A DNA stretch of 64,000 bases, taken from positions 5,024,001 to 5,088,000 of the forward strand of contig OZ240248.1 of NCBI GenBank assembly GCA_965198235.1, written 5' to 3'. The notes beneath the pieces are model-generated. The model saw only the letters and a program-made list of their open reading frames with translations. It was not told where the DNA came from and made no database searches. Shown in pieces: positions 10,552 to 19,965 of the stretch. Each line of letters begins with the position of its first letter. Positions within the stretch are counted from its first letter, which is position 1. Both the position numbers and the translations under genes were made by a program. Source of the DNA: Candidatus Poribacteria bacterium. Lineage in GTDB: Bacteria; Poribacteria; WGA-4E; WGA-3G.

Positions 10552-10796
10552 GCCGACTCCACGTTGTGGTTAGCAATCCATCCGGATGCACCGGCAAAGT
10601 CTTTTCGTCGGCTTTCTCGTAGTCTTCATCCGTAGGTTGATATTCCAGGTCACTGGACCAGCAGAAAACATCGTACTGGACCTGGAGCGAACTCTGCCGT
10701 GTCCATATCATCATGACGTTCTCACCGTCTTGTAAATGGCTGGACCAGCAGAAGACAGAGGGTTAAACCGAGCGTTAATTGGAATCTCTGAAGCAT
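10541..10796 (-). pseudogene. Frameshifted or internally deleted remnant of a secreted protein with the ...PVHPDGLLTTTWSRLKQ* tail
   Basis: AAGGAG RBS precedes ATG 10796, giving signal peptide MLQRFQLTLGLTLCLLLVQPFT then TGA. A different frame (10714..10541) encodes the conserved tail. Not in the ORF track. Confidence 0.65.
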
Positions 10797-10864
10797 TATG
10801 CATTCTCCTTCATTTGTTTTGAGTCAGTTTAAACGAATTAAGGGAGATTGTAAACTTTAAAAAT

Positions 10865-10893
10865 TTGACAATCGTCTGGAAATATCGTATAAT
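10865..10893 (+). promoter_or_regulatory. Sigma70-type promoter for iscU-like/iscA
   Basis: Perfect TTGACA-N17-TATAAT. Confidence 0.8.
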
Positions 10894-10960
10894 TGCAAAA
10901 ACAGGTTTCTTTCTAATAAAATTATAGACGTGCCTTCTTCTGCGATGCGGGAAATGTCCC

Positions 10961-11341
10961 ATGTATACGCCACAGGTGACCGAACATTACGAAAACCCGC
11001 GCAATATCGGAACTATCGTCGATGCTGATGGCACTGCCAGTGTCGGTTCTCCGGCTGACGGTGAGATGATAAAACTGACACTCAAAATATCGAATGACGT
11101 GATCGTTGCAGCGAAATTTCGAGCCTTCGGTTGCCCTACCGCTATCGCGAGTGCTTCGATCCTCACTGAACTGATTATAGGCACTCAGGTCCCGGAGGCA
11201 TTGGAAATTACTGCTGTGCAGCTTTCTGATGCGTTGGGAAGACTGCCGCTGGATAAACAACGTTACGCGAACACTGCTGAAAAAGTCCTAAAAATGGCAA
11301 TTGCTGATTTTCTGTCCAAGAAGGAGGGGCAGTCATCATGA
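10961..11341 (+). CDS. IscU/NifU N-terminal-like scaffold protein (degenerate cysteines)
   Basis: YTPQVTEHYENPRNIG and KFRAFGCPTAIASAS motifs; overlaps the iscA start. Confidence 0.85.
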   Translation: MYTPQVTEHYENPRNIGTIVDADGTASVGSPADGEMIKLTLKISNDVIVAAKFRAFGCPTAIASASILTELIIGTQVPEALEITAVQLSDALGRLPLDKQRYANTAEKVLKMAIADFLSKKEGQSS

Positions 11342-11667
11342 TTACTGTCACAGAATCTGCCGCGCAAAAAGCGGTCGCTCTCATTAGCCACAGTGAAGCT
11401 CCAGCTGAATCCGAACTCGGCTTGCGGATGCAGGTTATCGGCGGTGGATGCTCCGGTTTCCAATATAATCTTGAGCTTGGTGCCGCGAAAGGGACCGACA
11501 AAGTTTTTGAATTTCACGGCTTGAAAGTTTTCATCGATCCTCGTAGTACGCTCTATCTCGCAGGCTCGGTACTCGACTATAACGATGGGTTGATGGATTC
11601 AGGCTTTAAAATAACAAATCCGAACGCTAAAAATACATGCGGTTGTGGTGAGTCGTTTAGCGTTTAA
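11338..11667 (+). CDS. iscA: A-type Fe-S carrier (IscA/ErpA/SufA family)
   Basis: GGGCSGFQY and NPNA..TCGCGESF motifs. Confidence 0.93.
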   Translation: MITVTESAAQKAVALISHSEAPAESELGLRMQVIGGGCSGFQYNLELGAAKGTDKVFEFHGLKVFIDPRSTLYLAGSVLDYNDGLMDSGFKITNPNAKNTCGCGESFSV

Positions 11668-11724
11668 CTGGTTTGGTCTGTTCTGCAGCAGATAACCGGT
11701 TTTTAAAATATCGATCTCCGTTCA

Positions 11725-11765
11725 AGCGCGCCTGAAAGTTTCTATGGCTTTACAAGCGCGCTTTT
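11725..11765. terminator. Probable bidirectional terminator between iscA and the GH32 gene
   Basis: AAGCGCG...CGCGCTT inverted repeat followed by a T run, between convergent genes. Confidence 0.5.
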
Positions 11766-11803
11766 CGGTAATTGGGTATCCCAATAGATTTCATTCGTTG
11801 GTG

Positions 11804-13150
11804 TTACACCCACGAAGATCCTAACTCGTGCACCTTCAATGATACTATAGTTACTGGATTTCCCTCCGTGTAGATTCCGATATCTGCGTTCTCCTGATCT
11901 GGGAGGAAATAGGATGTCATTGAGAGCTTACCATCGTCTCCGAATGCTTCGATAGAAATACGGTCGACTAAAATTTGCAAGCGGATTTTCCCATTTTGTG
12001 GCGCGAGGGGTCCGCTCTTTTCTAAGAATGTTAGTTGCTGCGATTCAACATCGTAACGGACATCCTGCCCGCGAATTTTGAAACCAACGGCGGTAGCATC
12101 GTTCAGGGCTATTTCAGCACGGATGTCGAACAACTCACCCGTCAGTCCAGAAAGCGGATCTTCATCCGGCTTGAGCGGGAGATCGCTCCACGCGTGCGTA
12201 TACATGTGGATATTTTCGATCTCTGAGACCGGTTCTCGATGTAGACGTATACCTTCTGGAGTCGTCCGAAGGGTCAACTTGCACGGAAAGCTCATCTGTT
12301 GATTAAAAGGCATATCCGGTGGGTTACTGCCACTCATCCAAGCGATTTGAATACGTCTGCCATCGGATTCTGGGACATCGCTCCATGTTTGCGCTGCATA
12401 GAAGTTGGCACCGTAGTCAGAGCGTTGTGCGTCCCTTTCCGGAGTAAAGGTCGTTCCATCGAAATTACCGACGTAATATTTCCCTGCCGCACCCCAGAAA
12501 ACCCATTTGGTATTATCGGGATCACCGTCAACGGGAAGCTCAAAGATGTCGGGGCATTCTGTGTCGGGAATCTGTAAGTCGGATAACCGTGTCCACTCCT
12601 TAAGGTTTGTCGAACCGAATAAGGTGTAGTCATTTTGGTCAAGATAGAGAGCCATCACCCACTTTTGCGTCGGTTCGTGCCAGATCACCTTGGGGTCGCG
12701 GTTACTCCCGACAAGATGTTCAATCACGGGATTCCCTTCATATTTTGTCCAACTTCGTCCGCGATCGTTGCTGTAGGCGATACTTTGTGTAAATGGAACC
12801 TCTTTCGGAGCGTGGCTGCCTGCCGACGTGTAAAAATTGACGAGTACCGCCTCGTCGCCGGTCTGAAAACCACCGGTATTCTTCCAGTCCACGACACCAG
12901 AGCCGGAGAAGATTGTACCGAGTTCATCTGGATGGAGGGCATGCGGAAGTTGCTTCCAGTGGACGAGGTCTGTGCTGACAGCGTGTCCCCAGGTCATATT
13001 GCCCCAATCGATACCGGATGGGTTGTGTTGGAAGAAGAGGTGAAATTCGCCTTTGTAGTGGATTAAACCGTTCGGGTCGTTAGTCCAATTGGTTTTCGGT
13101 GTAAAGTGGAACTGTGGACGATACGCTTCCTTGTAAGCCGTTTGAATCAT
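11804..13150 (-). CDS. Glycoside hydrolase family 32 (levanase/beta-fructosidase)
   Basis: WTNDPNG, WGHAVS, FSGS, RDPKV, ECPD motifs. Confidence 0.95.
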   Translation of the reverse strand: MIQTAYKEAYRPQFHFTPKTNWTNDPNGLIHYKGEFHLFFQHNPSGIDWGNMTWGHAVSTDLVHWKQLPHALHPDELGTIFSGSGVVDWKNTGGFQTGDEAVLVNFYTSAGSHAPKEVPFTQSIAYSNDRGRSWTKYEGNPVIEHLVGSNRDPKVIWHEPTQKWVMALYLDQNDYTLFGSTNLKEWTRLSDLQIPDTECPDIFELPVDGDPDNTKWVFWGAAGKYYVGNFDGTTFTPERDAQRSDYGANFYAAQTWSDVPESDGRRIQIAWMSGSNPPDMPFNQQMSFPCKLTLRTTPEGIRLHREPVSEIENIHMYTHAWSDLPLKPDEDPLSGLTGELFDIRAEIALNDATAVGFKIRGQDVRYDVESQQLTFLEKSGPLAPQNGKIRLQILVDRISIEAFGDDGKLSMTSYFLPDQENADIGIYTEGNPVTIVSLKVHELGSSWV

Positions 13151-13340
13151 TAACTATTTCCTTTCCGTTTTGAAAATGTAAAGAGATACGCGCCTTTTTC
13201 GCTGTTTTGCACACTATTCTATGCATGTTTTTTATTTTGTCAAGTGTGCCTTCTTGTTCTTTGAGACCATTTAGTCTTCCCTATTATAAGCCCAACGGTT
13301 CAGGGAAACTATTTATTGCCAATCAACACGCATTAAGGAA

Positions 13341-13363
13341 CGTGCGATGAATCGCACGACTAC
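13341..13363. repeat. GTAG-type REP-like palindrome
   Basis: CGTGCGAT-GA-ATCGCACG-ACTAC. Similar GTAG-flanked palindromes at 31571-31592, 32831-32853, 36977-37010 and 54883-54904. Confidence 0.6.
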
Positions 13364-13525
13364 AAACACACTCGACGGATAGCCTCTAATCCGCTGACCT
13401 TTGTGAAGGTGCATCCGAAAATGTGTATGAGTGGTAAAATTGAATCACTTTACTTACCCGACACTTTTCGCGGTAAAATTTCCGTGGAACCTGAAGCGGA
13501 ATAGCTGCAGTAACGGAGGCAGATA

Positions 13526-15067
13526 GTGATAAACCTTTGTAATGTCCTAAATAGTTCGATACGTCTACAGGTGCAGGCACATTGGGAACCGATTGCGGAT
13601 TCTACGTTTCGTATGCACAAGACATCGCCAGAACACGTTGAACTCTTCGATCTGTCACCAAACCATCCTGTCAAAGAATACAGGACAGACGCTTTCAAGG
13701 CATTTCTTCCGTCATCAACTGTAGGGGTGGGTGATGTTTGGGAACTTGATCCGAACAGTGTTGTCTCTTTCCTGCGCCAGTTTCATTCCGGTGTGACCAC
13801 ACCCGTATATCACGGTGCGGAGGGTGCGTTCGCCTGCTTACGTGCTTTTTCGTCAGTTTACGCTGAGATTGTTTTCCGAATTCATGCGGACTTCACGTTG
13901 GAAAGCGTCGCTTATGAGAAGTGGCGTGCCGCCAACGCCTCGGAGGACGACGATAATAAATCCCGTTTTGTCCCCTCCCATTTCGTCGGACGATTGTTAA
14001 TCAATTTGAAAGAAGGAACGGTTCGGGTGTTTTCGCTCTATCTGCCGGCACGCAATAGTAACGTTGTCATCAGTGCTTTTGGCGGTATTGATATGGTTTA
14101 TGTGCCGCGTATGGAACTCCTCGCTACGGACGAGACCGACAAAGACGAGATCGCGTGGGATGCTGCTATTACAACGGAAGAGGCACACCGGATGTTGGAA
14201 TTGAAGTTCTATAAATTCGCTGAGATTGATTGGCTACCGATTGATGAGGCAGTTGCACAGGCGAAAGCGACCAATCGTCCGATCCATGCAATCCTCGTCT
14301 GGGGGTGTTTAGACGATGAATCCTGCTGAGCGAACGGCAAATATTTGAGGGCGGGTCCGCTCTCCGATTCAGAAGTGATAACAACGCTCAACGAGAAGTT
14401 TGTCAATACATGGGTGCTCCTCCGGGAATTGCCAGAACTAATAGGTGGTGCGAAAGGCGAGGCGGTCAGCCTCGTCGCAAAAGAGATAAAACGCCACTAC
14501 ACTGACTCTGTAGATATTCTGGCACTCACCCCCGATGCGGAAGTTATCATGCATCAGCCGGAGATGGCTCTACCGTACAGGAACCAGGCGCAAGCGTATC
14601 TAAAAGTGTTACAGCATGCTGTGGACGCATTTGAAGGGAGACGCACCCGTGTAGGCAACGCGTCAAAATTAGATCGGAACCCGATCAGCTTGGGGACGGA
14701 GTTGATGGAGGTTTTACACGTTTTTAGCACATCCGACACCAATACCCCGACTTACACAGTTATTGAAATTGATACGACACCGTTTGAACGCGGTGGGATC
14801 CTCCACATTGAAATACATGTGGGTGAGAACAGGTTGGCAGGAACGTTTGAATTGTTTGATGCAGATACCGAAATTTCTACAAAAAATGATGAAGATGAAA
14901 CTCTGGATGGTGCATGGAACGTTTCATCCGGTGGTGTAGGGCACATCTTTCACGATTTTAGTCGGGGTCGGCGTTTCAAGTTAGTCGCTACAGGGGCAAA
15001 CAACCAAAAGAGTGTTTCCAATGCTTTTCTGGCACGTGTCTCTATCGTCCCACCGTTTGAAAAATAG
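13526..15067 (+). CDS. Selenoprotein N-like protein 1 (TGA 14327-14329 read as Sec; about 513 aa)
   Basis: ORFs 13526..14329 and 14345..15067 are in the same frame and join as ILVWGCLDDESC-[TGA]-ANGKYLRAGPLSD, matching human SELENON LLWGALDDQSCUGSGRTLR. GGAGG RBS before the GTG start. Confidence 0.85.
14347..14364 (+). promoter_or_regulatory. Putative bacterial SECIS hairpin
   Basis: GAGGGCG-(GGTC loop)-CGCTCTC starting 18 nt after the TGA. Confidence 0.65.
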
Positions 15068-15194
15068 CCCATATTATTCCAACCTACCTGTCAACGCGTG
15101 CCTGCCTATCTACGTTTCTATGAAATACATGCCGAATCGGTGGTGTTGTGTCTGTTCTATTAGGTTTGTGTCCGATTTTCCCTGATTTTTTGAA

Positions 15195-15237
15195 GAATTA
15201 GGCAACTTTCTTGTCCGTTACCCGCGTCACTATATAT
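15195..15237 (+). promoter_or_regulatory. ECF-type promoter motif, copy 1
   Basis: GAATTAGGCAAC-N17-GCGTCACTATATAT; repeated in the locus. Confidence 0.7.
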
Positions 15238-15357
15238 TGATATGGGAATCTACGCGAACAGAAACTTTCCGCGGGGAGGGTGTTTACATAGATATTTCCC
15301 GTAATTTAGTGTCGGGTAAAATCAAACATCAAGACTCATTTTAGTAGGAGGCACCCT

Positions 15358-16398
15358 ATGAAACATAAGTCGGTTTCTCCTTTTTTAGGAGTTGGAGGCT
15401 GCACCAAATTTCTAATATTCAGTTATGCTATCAGTGCCCTACTCATGTTCAGCGGCAGCACTGCTGTATGGGCAAAAGCCCCGGAGACAGCGAAAATTAC
15501 ATTTATGTCAAAGCGGGACGGTAACGCTGAGATCTATATCATGAACCCCGACGGGAGTGAGCAAGTCAATCTCACCCAACATCGTGCAGCCGATTATACA
15601 CCAGCCTGGTCGCCAAACGGGAAACAGATATTGTTCAGCTCAGATCGAGATGGAATTTTTGATTTGTATCTTATGGACGCAGATGGCACAAATGTCCGGA
15701 AGGTGTTCGCAAGCAGCAAATACAGATGGGAGCCTGCCTGGTCGCCCGATGGTAAACGAATTGCCTATGCACAAGGAGATCCAGGAAAGGCAAAACTACA
15801 GTTTGGGTTACGATTTGTCCCTTACGCCGATCTCACACTTTACATCGCAACACTAAATGGAGACTCCGTTGAGAAATTGACGGATGGATTTGGTCCGAGT
15901 TGGTCTCCTGATGGACACGAGATAGCCTTTGTGGTGGGTGGTCGCAAAAGTACACTACTGGGTATTTACGACTTGAGGAAACGTTCCCAAAAAACGCTCA
16001 TCTCAAAGAAGATGCCGTGGATATTTGATCCCAGCTGGTCTGCACAGGGTGACAGAATAGCTTTCGCGAAACTCGAGGGTGCTGCGTTTGATGCACAAGG
16101 TTTTCTTAGGTTTAAGAAGGGTACGATTTACACCATAGATAGTGCTGGGGGTGGACTTCATCAGATTACCGACGAGAACTCTTCTGACCCAACCTGGTCC
16201 CCAGATGGCAGCGAACTCATTTACAACTCTCGGGTGGGTTTTTCGCAACTCTTCAGAACGGGCTTGAACGGCGACAATCCAACACAACTGACGCATGACG
16301 GAAGTAATTTGAGTCCAGATTGGTTTGACCCCTTTTATAGCGTTTCGCCGTCGGCGCAATTGTTAACGACGATGTGGGGAAAAATCAAAGTGGATTAA
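15358..16398 (+). CDS. Secreted TolB-like (PD40 repeat) beta-propeller with SVSP...TMWGKIK tail
   Basis: Repeated PxWSPDG motifs and a signal peptide. Confidence 0.85.
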   Translation: MKHKSVSPFLGVGGCTKFLIFSYAISALLMFSGSTAVWAKAPETAKITFMSKRDGNAEIYIMNPDGSEQVNLTQHRAADYTPAWSPNGKQILFSSDRDGIFDLYLMDADGTNVRKVFASSKYRWEPAWSPDGKRIAYAQGDPGKAKLQFGLRFVPYADLTLYIATLNGDSVEKLTDGFGPSWSPDGHEIAFVVGGRKSTLLGIYDLRKRSQKTLISKKMPWIFDPSWSAQGDRIAFAKLEGAAFDAQGFLRFKKGTIYTIDSAGGGLHQITDENSSDPTWSPDGSELIYNSRVGFSQLFRTGLNGDNPTQLTHDGSNLSPDWFDPFYSVSPSAQLLTTMWGKIKVD

Positions 16399-16487
16399 GT
16401 TAACTATAAATCGTTCCAGATTCAGGGCAGTGAATGCCTTTTGCTTCCAATTGTCAAAATTTATTCCCAGATTTTCATTTTTTTTCA

Positions 16488-16530
16488 GAATTAGGCAACC
16501 GTTTTTCCGATCCTCCGCGTCACTATATAT
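16488..16530 (+). promoter_or_regulatory. ECF-type promoter motif, copy 2
   Basis: GAATTAGGCAAC-N17-GCGTCACTATATAT. Confidence 0.7.
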
Positions 16531-16594
16531 CAACACGATATTTGTGTGACAAATTTTGGAAGATTCAAATGACTCCATAGGAGGAAGCGAAAAC

Positions 16595-17416
16595 ATGTTA
16601 CGGACATTTACTGCTGCTTTTTCGAGTGTCATTATGCTATTGCTGGCAGCTTCTGCCAACGCGGGTTTGGATGAAGATCTCGTTTTTTATCTGACCTTTG
16701 ATAACGTTAAAAATCAGACGATTATTGATGAATCTGGCAATGGTCTTGATGCAGAAATACTTGAGCATGTCGAGATTGTCAAGGGTAAATATGGAGATGC
16801 AATCCGTCTTAAAGGTCAAAGCGGGGATTGCGTTAATATCCCTGCTCAAGAGAAATTGAAAGTTATAGGCGAGATAACAATGATGGCATGGATTTATTCT
16901 CCAGAAACATGGAACAACGAGAAGATGCATTGGCTGGAAAAAGATTGTCATTTCGTTGTTCCGATTGGTTGGGCGCACTGTTACGGTATCGCTGGTGTTG
17001 ATGTCGGTAACGGACCAGAAATCTTTTTGTTTTTGGGATCACAGGTAGAGGGGAAATGGGACCGGCAGGAGTTCAGAACTCCACATAAAATGGGCGAAAA
17101 AAAATGGCATCACGTTGTCGGAAGTTACGATGGCGAAACCATGAAAATCTATGTGGATGGTACAGTCATAGGGGAAGAAAAGAAAAAATTCAATTTCTTT
17201 GGAGACAATGACGCGGACGTTCGGATCGGATGTGCAAAAGATGTCCCCCACCTTACATTCACAAACGGCTCTATTGATGAAGCTGCGGTCTGGCAACGAG
17301 CACTGAGTGATGATGAAATTAAACAAGCCATGACAGGGAACTTTCTCGCTGTTTCGCCGAGCGATAAAGTGGCGACGACTTGGGCGGATATGAAAAGAAG
17401 AGCAGTCGTTCCTTAA
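16595..17416 (+). CDS. Secreted LamG-like protein with AVSP...TTWADMK tail
   Basis: ATG 16595 follows a GGAGG RBS and matches the start of the paralog. Signal peptide, WHHVVGSYDG, IDEAAVW. Confidence 0.85.
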   Translation: MLRTFTAAFSSVIMLLLAASANAGLDEDLVFYLTFDNVKNQTIIDESGNGLDAEILEHVEIVKGKYGDAIRLKGQSGDCVNIPAQEKLKVIGEITMMAWIYSPETWNNEKMHWLEKDCHFVVPIGWAHCYGIAGVDVGNGPEIFLFLGSQVEGKWDRQEFRTPHKMGEKKWHHVVGSYDGETMKIYVDGTVIGEEKKKFNFFGDNDADVRIGCAKDVPHLTFTNGSIDEAAVWQRALSDDEIKQAMTGNFLAVSPSDKVATTWADMKRRAVVP

Positions 17417-17459
17417 CGGCTACCTGCAAAGTCAGAATTTCCCCATAAAGGAATGTAGG

Positions 17460-18482
17460 ATGAAAACAATACGGTTGTTAGTTTTTGCCATATTGAACAT
17501 ATTGATGCTGAACGTAAGCGTTTGCCTCGCTTTCGCAACAGCACCCACAACCGCCAAAATTCTGTTCACCTCTTCACGGGACGGCAATTATGAGGTCTAC
17601 ATCATGAATCCGGACGGTAGTGAACAGGTGAATTTAACACAACATCGCGCAAATGATTTTCAAGCCGTATGGTCCCCCACTGGGGAGCAGATTCTTTTTG
17701 TCTCCGATCGCGATGGCGGCATCCGAGACTTGTATCTGATGGACCCCAGTGGATCCAATGTCCGACGCGTTTTCACGAGGAAACGAAAGTCTTATAGGGA
17801 TTCTCCGACGTGGGCACCCGATGGCAACCAGATTGCTTACGTACACCTGAATTGGAACGGTGTCAGGTTCCATATCTACGTTGCAATCTTGGGTAAACAA
17901 AAAGAGGAACACCTCGTTGAGGGTAGACGTCCGACGTGGTCACCCGATGGAACGAAAATAGCATATATGTCTTATATTGTAGATACCTGCCGAATTGCTC
18001 TTATTGACCCCCACACACGAAGGCAAAAACACCTCCTATCGAGGAAAGCAACGCCTTGGCAAAATCATCCATTTTGGTCGGCTACGGGGAGCAAACTCGC
18101 TTTTTCTTGGAATAAGAATCCGTTACCGCGCCTTTTGCCGGGTGATCGTTTCCCATCCGTATGGCTGGATAAGGAGACAATCTATATTGTGAACAGCGAC
18201 GGGACCGATCTCCGAGAACTTCTGGATGAAGCTGGGCCCAGAGCACAGTATCCAGTGTTGTCGCCAGACGGGAAAGAGGTACTTTATACACAAGAAATTA
18301 AGGGTCGCCTACAAATTTTCAAACTTGATGTACACAGTGCCACTCGGGCACAGTTGACAAATATCGGGCGAGTCTTTGAGGCGAATTTCGGAGGGGATTG
18401 GTTCGATCCTGTGTATTCGTTGCCTGTTTCGCCACAATCGCGACTGCTAAGCACAGTATGGGGAAAAGTAAAAAAGAAATAG
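17460..18482 (+). CDS. Secreted TolB-like (PD40 repeat) beta-propeller with PVSP...TVWGKVK tail
   Basis: WSPDG-type repeats; paralog of 15358..16398. Confidence 0.85.
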   Translation: MKTIRLLVFAILNILMLNVSVCLAFATAPTTAKILFTSSRDGNYEVYIMNPDGSEQVNLTQHRANDFQAVWSPTGEQILFVSDRDGGIRDLYLMDPSGSNVRRVFTRKRKSYRDSPTWAPDGNQIAYVHLNWNGVRFHIYVAILGKQKEEHLVEGRRPTWSPDGTKIAYMSYIVDTCRIALIDPHTRRQKHLLSRKATPWQNHPFWSATGSKLAFSWNKNPLPRLLPGDRFPSVWLDKETIYIVNSDGTDLRELLDEAGPRAQYPVLSPDGKEVLYTQEIKGRLQIFKLDVHSATRAQLTNIGRVFEANFGGDWFDPVYSLPVSPQSRLLSTVWGKVKKK

Positions 18483-18562
18483 TGTCATAGGTAGAATCAC
18501 CATGAAACTGCTGTGTTATGCACGTTTTCCGCTTTGTGTATCATATTTTCTTTATGTTTGCA

Positions 18563-18605
18563 GAATTAGGCAACCGTTTTGTCTGTCTCCCGCGTCATTA
18601 TATAT
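18563..18605 (+). promoter_or_regulatory. ECF-type promoter motif, copy 3
   Basis: GAATTAGGCAAC-N17-GCGTCATTATATAT. Confidence 0.7.
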
Positions 18606-18669
18606 CGATACGATAGCTGTGTGACAAATTTTAGAAAGTTCAAATGACTCTATAGGAGGAACAGAAAAC

Positions 18670-19491
18670 ATGTTACGGACATTTATTGCTGCTTTTTCGA
18701 GTGTCGTTATACTGTTGTTGGCAGCTCCTGCCAACGCAGGTTTGAATGAGAAACTCGTTTTTTATCTGACGTTTGATAATGTTAAAGATCAGACAGTTGT
18801 TGACGAATCTGGGAATGGTCAGGACGCAGAGATACTTGAGAACACCGAGATTGTCAGGGGCAAATATGGGAATGCCATTCATATTACAGATGATGGTCAG
18901 GATTGCGTCAGTATTCCTTCTCAGGAAAAACTGAAAATTACAAGCGAAATAACAATGATGACCTGGATTTATTATCAAGAAACATGGAAAGGCAAAAGGA
19001 TGTTGCATTGGCTTGATAAAGGCTGCCATTCGGGAGACGGTTGGGCTGGAACTTACGGTATCGGCAGTTCCGATATCGGTAACGGACCAGAGATTGTGTT
19101 GTTTTTCGGGTCGCGGGAGAAACAGGGGATTACGGACCGGCATGAATTCGCAGTTCTACACAAAATGGGTGTTCAAAAATGGCATCATGTTGCTGGGAGC
19201 TACGATGGGAAAACCATGAAAATTTATTTAGATGGTAAAGTCATAGGTGCGGAAAAGAAGAATTTCAATCTCTTTGGTGGTAATAACGTGAACCTCAGGA
19301 TCGGATGCGCAAAAAACAGCCCGCAGTATGCATTTGCCAACGGTTCTATTGACGAAGCCGCAGTCTGGCAACGAGCATTGAGTGATGATGAAATCAAGCA
19401 GGCGATGGTAGGGGACTTCCTCGCTGTTTCACCGAGTGATAAAGTTGCAACGACTTGGGCGGATGTGAAAAAGAGGATGATAGCCCGTTAG
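18670..19491 (+). CDS. Secreted LamG-like protein with AVSP...TTWADVK tail
   Basis: Close paralog of 16595..17416. Confidence 0.87.
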   Translation: MLRTFIAAFSSVVILLLAAPANAGLNEKLVFYLTFDNVKDQTVVDESGNGQDAEILENTEIVRGKYGNAIHITDDGQDCVSIPSQEKLKITSEITMMTWIYYQETWKGKRMLHWLDKGCHSGDGWAGTYGIGSSDIGNGPEIVLFFGSREKQGITDRHEFAVLHKMGVQKWHHVAGSYDGKTMKIYLDGKVIGAEKKNFNLFGGNNVNLRIGCAKNSPQYAFANGSIDEAAVWQRALSDDEIKQAMVGDFLAVSPSDKVATTWADVKKRMIAR

Positions 19492-19604
19492 CGGGTTTCT
19501 GGAAAGTGAGAATGCTATCACCCTTATTGATGCTTCAAAATCCTGTAAGTGATAATGAAGCGGAATATTTAAGCATTGTTATTTAAGGTATGTGCACCTT
19601 TGCA

Positions 19605-19647
19605 GAATTAGGCAACCGTTTTGTTTGTTCCCCGCGTCACTATATAT
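19605..19647 (+). promoter_or_regulatory. ECF-type promoter motif, copy 4
   Basis: GAATTAGGCAAC-N17-GCGTCACTATATAT. Confidence 0.7.
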
Positions 19648-19804
19648 CGAGATTAGAATCTACGCGAAGAACAACTTTTTGTATAAGTGTTGTTTGCGTA
19701 GAATGTTCTTGTTAATTGCTATAACGTGAGTTCAATATGAGAAATTGGTTCACTATATAGGTCGTGTTGAACAAAAAGGGACATAACACCCAAGATGCAT
19801 ATTT

Positions 19805-19965
19805 TGCTCCGTAGGAGCAACATGTCTATAGCAGTCGTCCGACACGACGTTTCCGCGCCGTAGGTGCGGTATGTAGTATCACCAGAGATAGCTCCGCTGG
19901 GAGTGCGAGTACTTGGGCATCGGGTTTTCTATTCTCACTGCGAAGCAATAGTACTGCTCTGGAGC
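19805..19965. repeat. Cluster of short palindromes (REP/MITE-like)
   Basis: TTGCTCC-GTA-GGAGCAA, GCGCC-GTA-GGTGC, GCTC-TG-GAGC, plus the TTCTCACTGCGAAGCA module. Confidence 0.55.

Noticed and set aside
14327-14329. Genome-wide UGA reassignment (Trp/Gly) or two independent nonsense mutations as the explanation for the split genes
   Set aside because: polA, trpS and other genes end normally at TGA. Both internal TGAs fall at the same aligned site, which is Sec in SELENON.
14345-15067. Downstream halves (also 20958..21746) as independent genes
   Set aside because: Both use TTG starts without a clear RBS, at different aligned positions, and SelN-like sequence continues upstream to the TGA.
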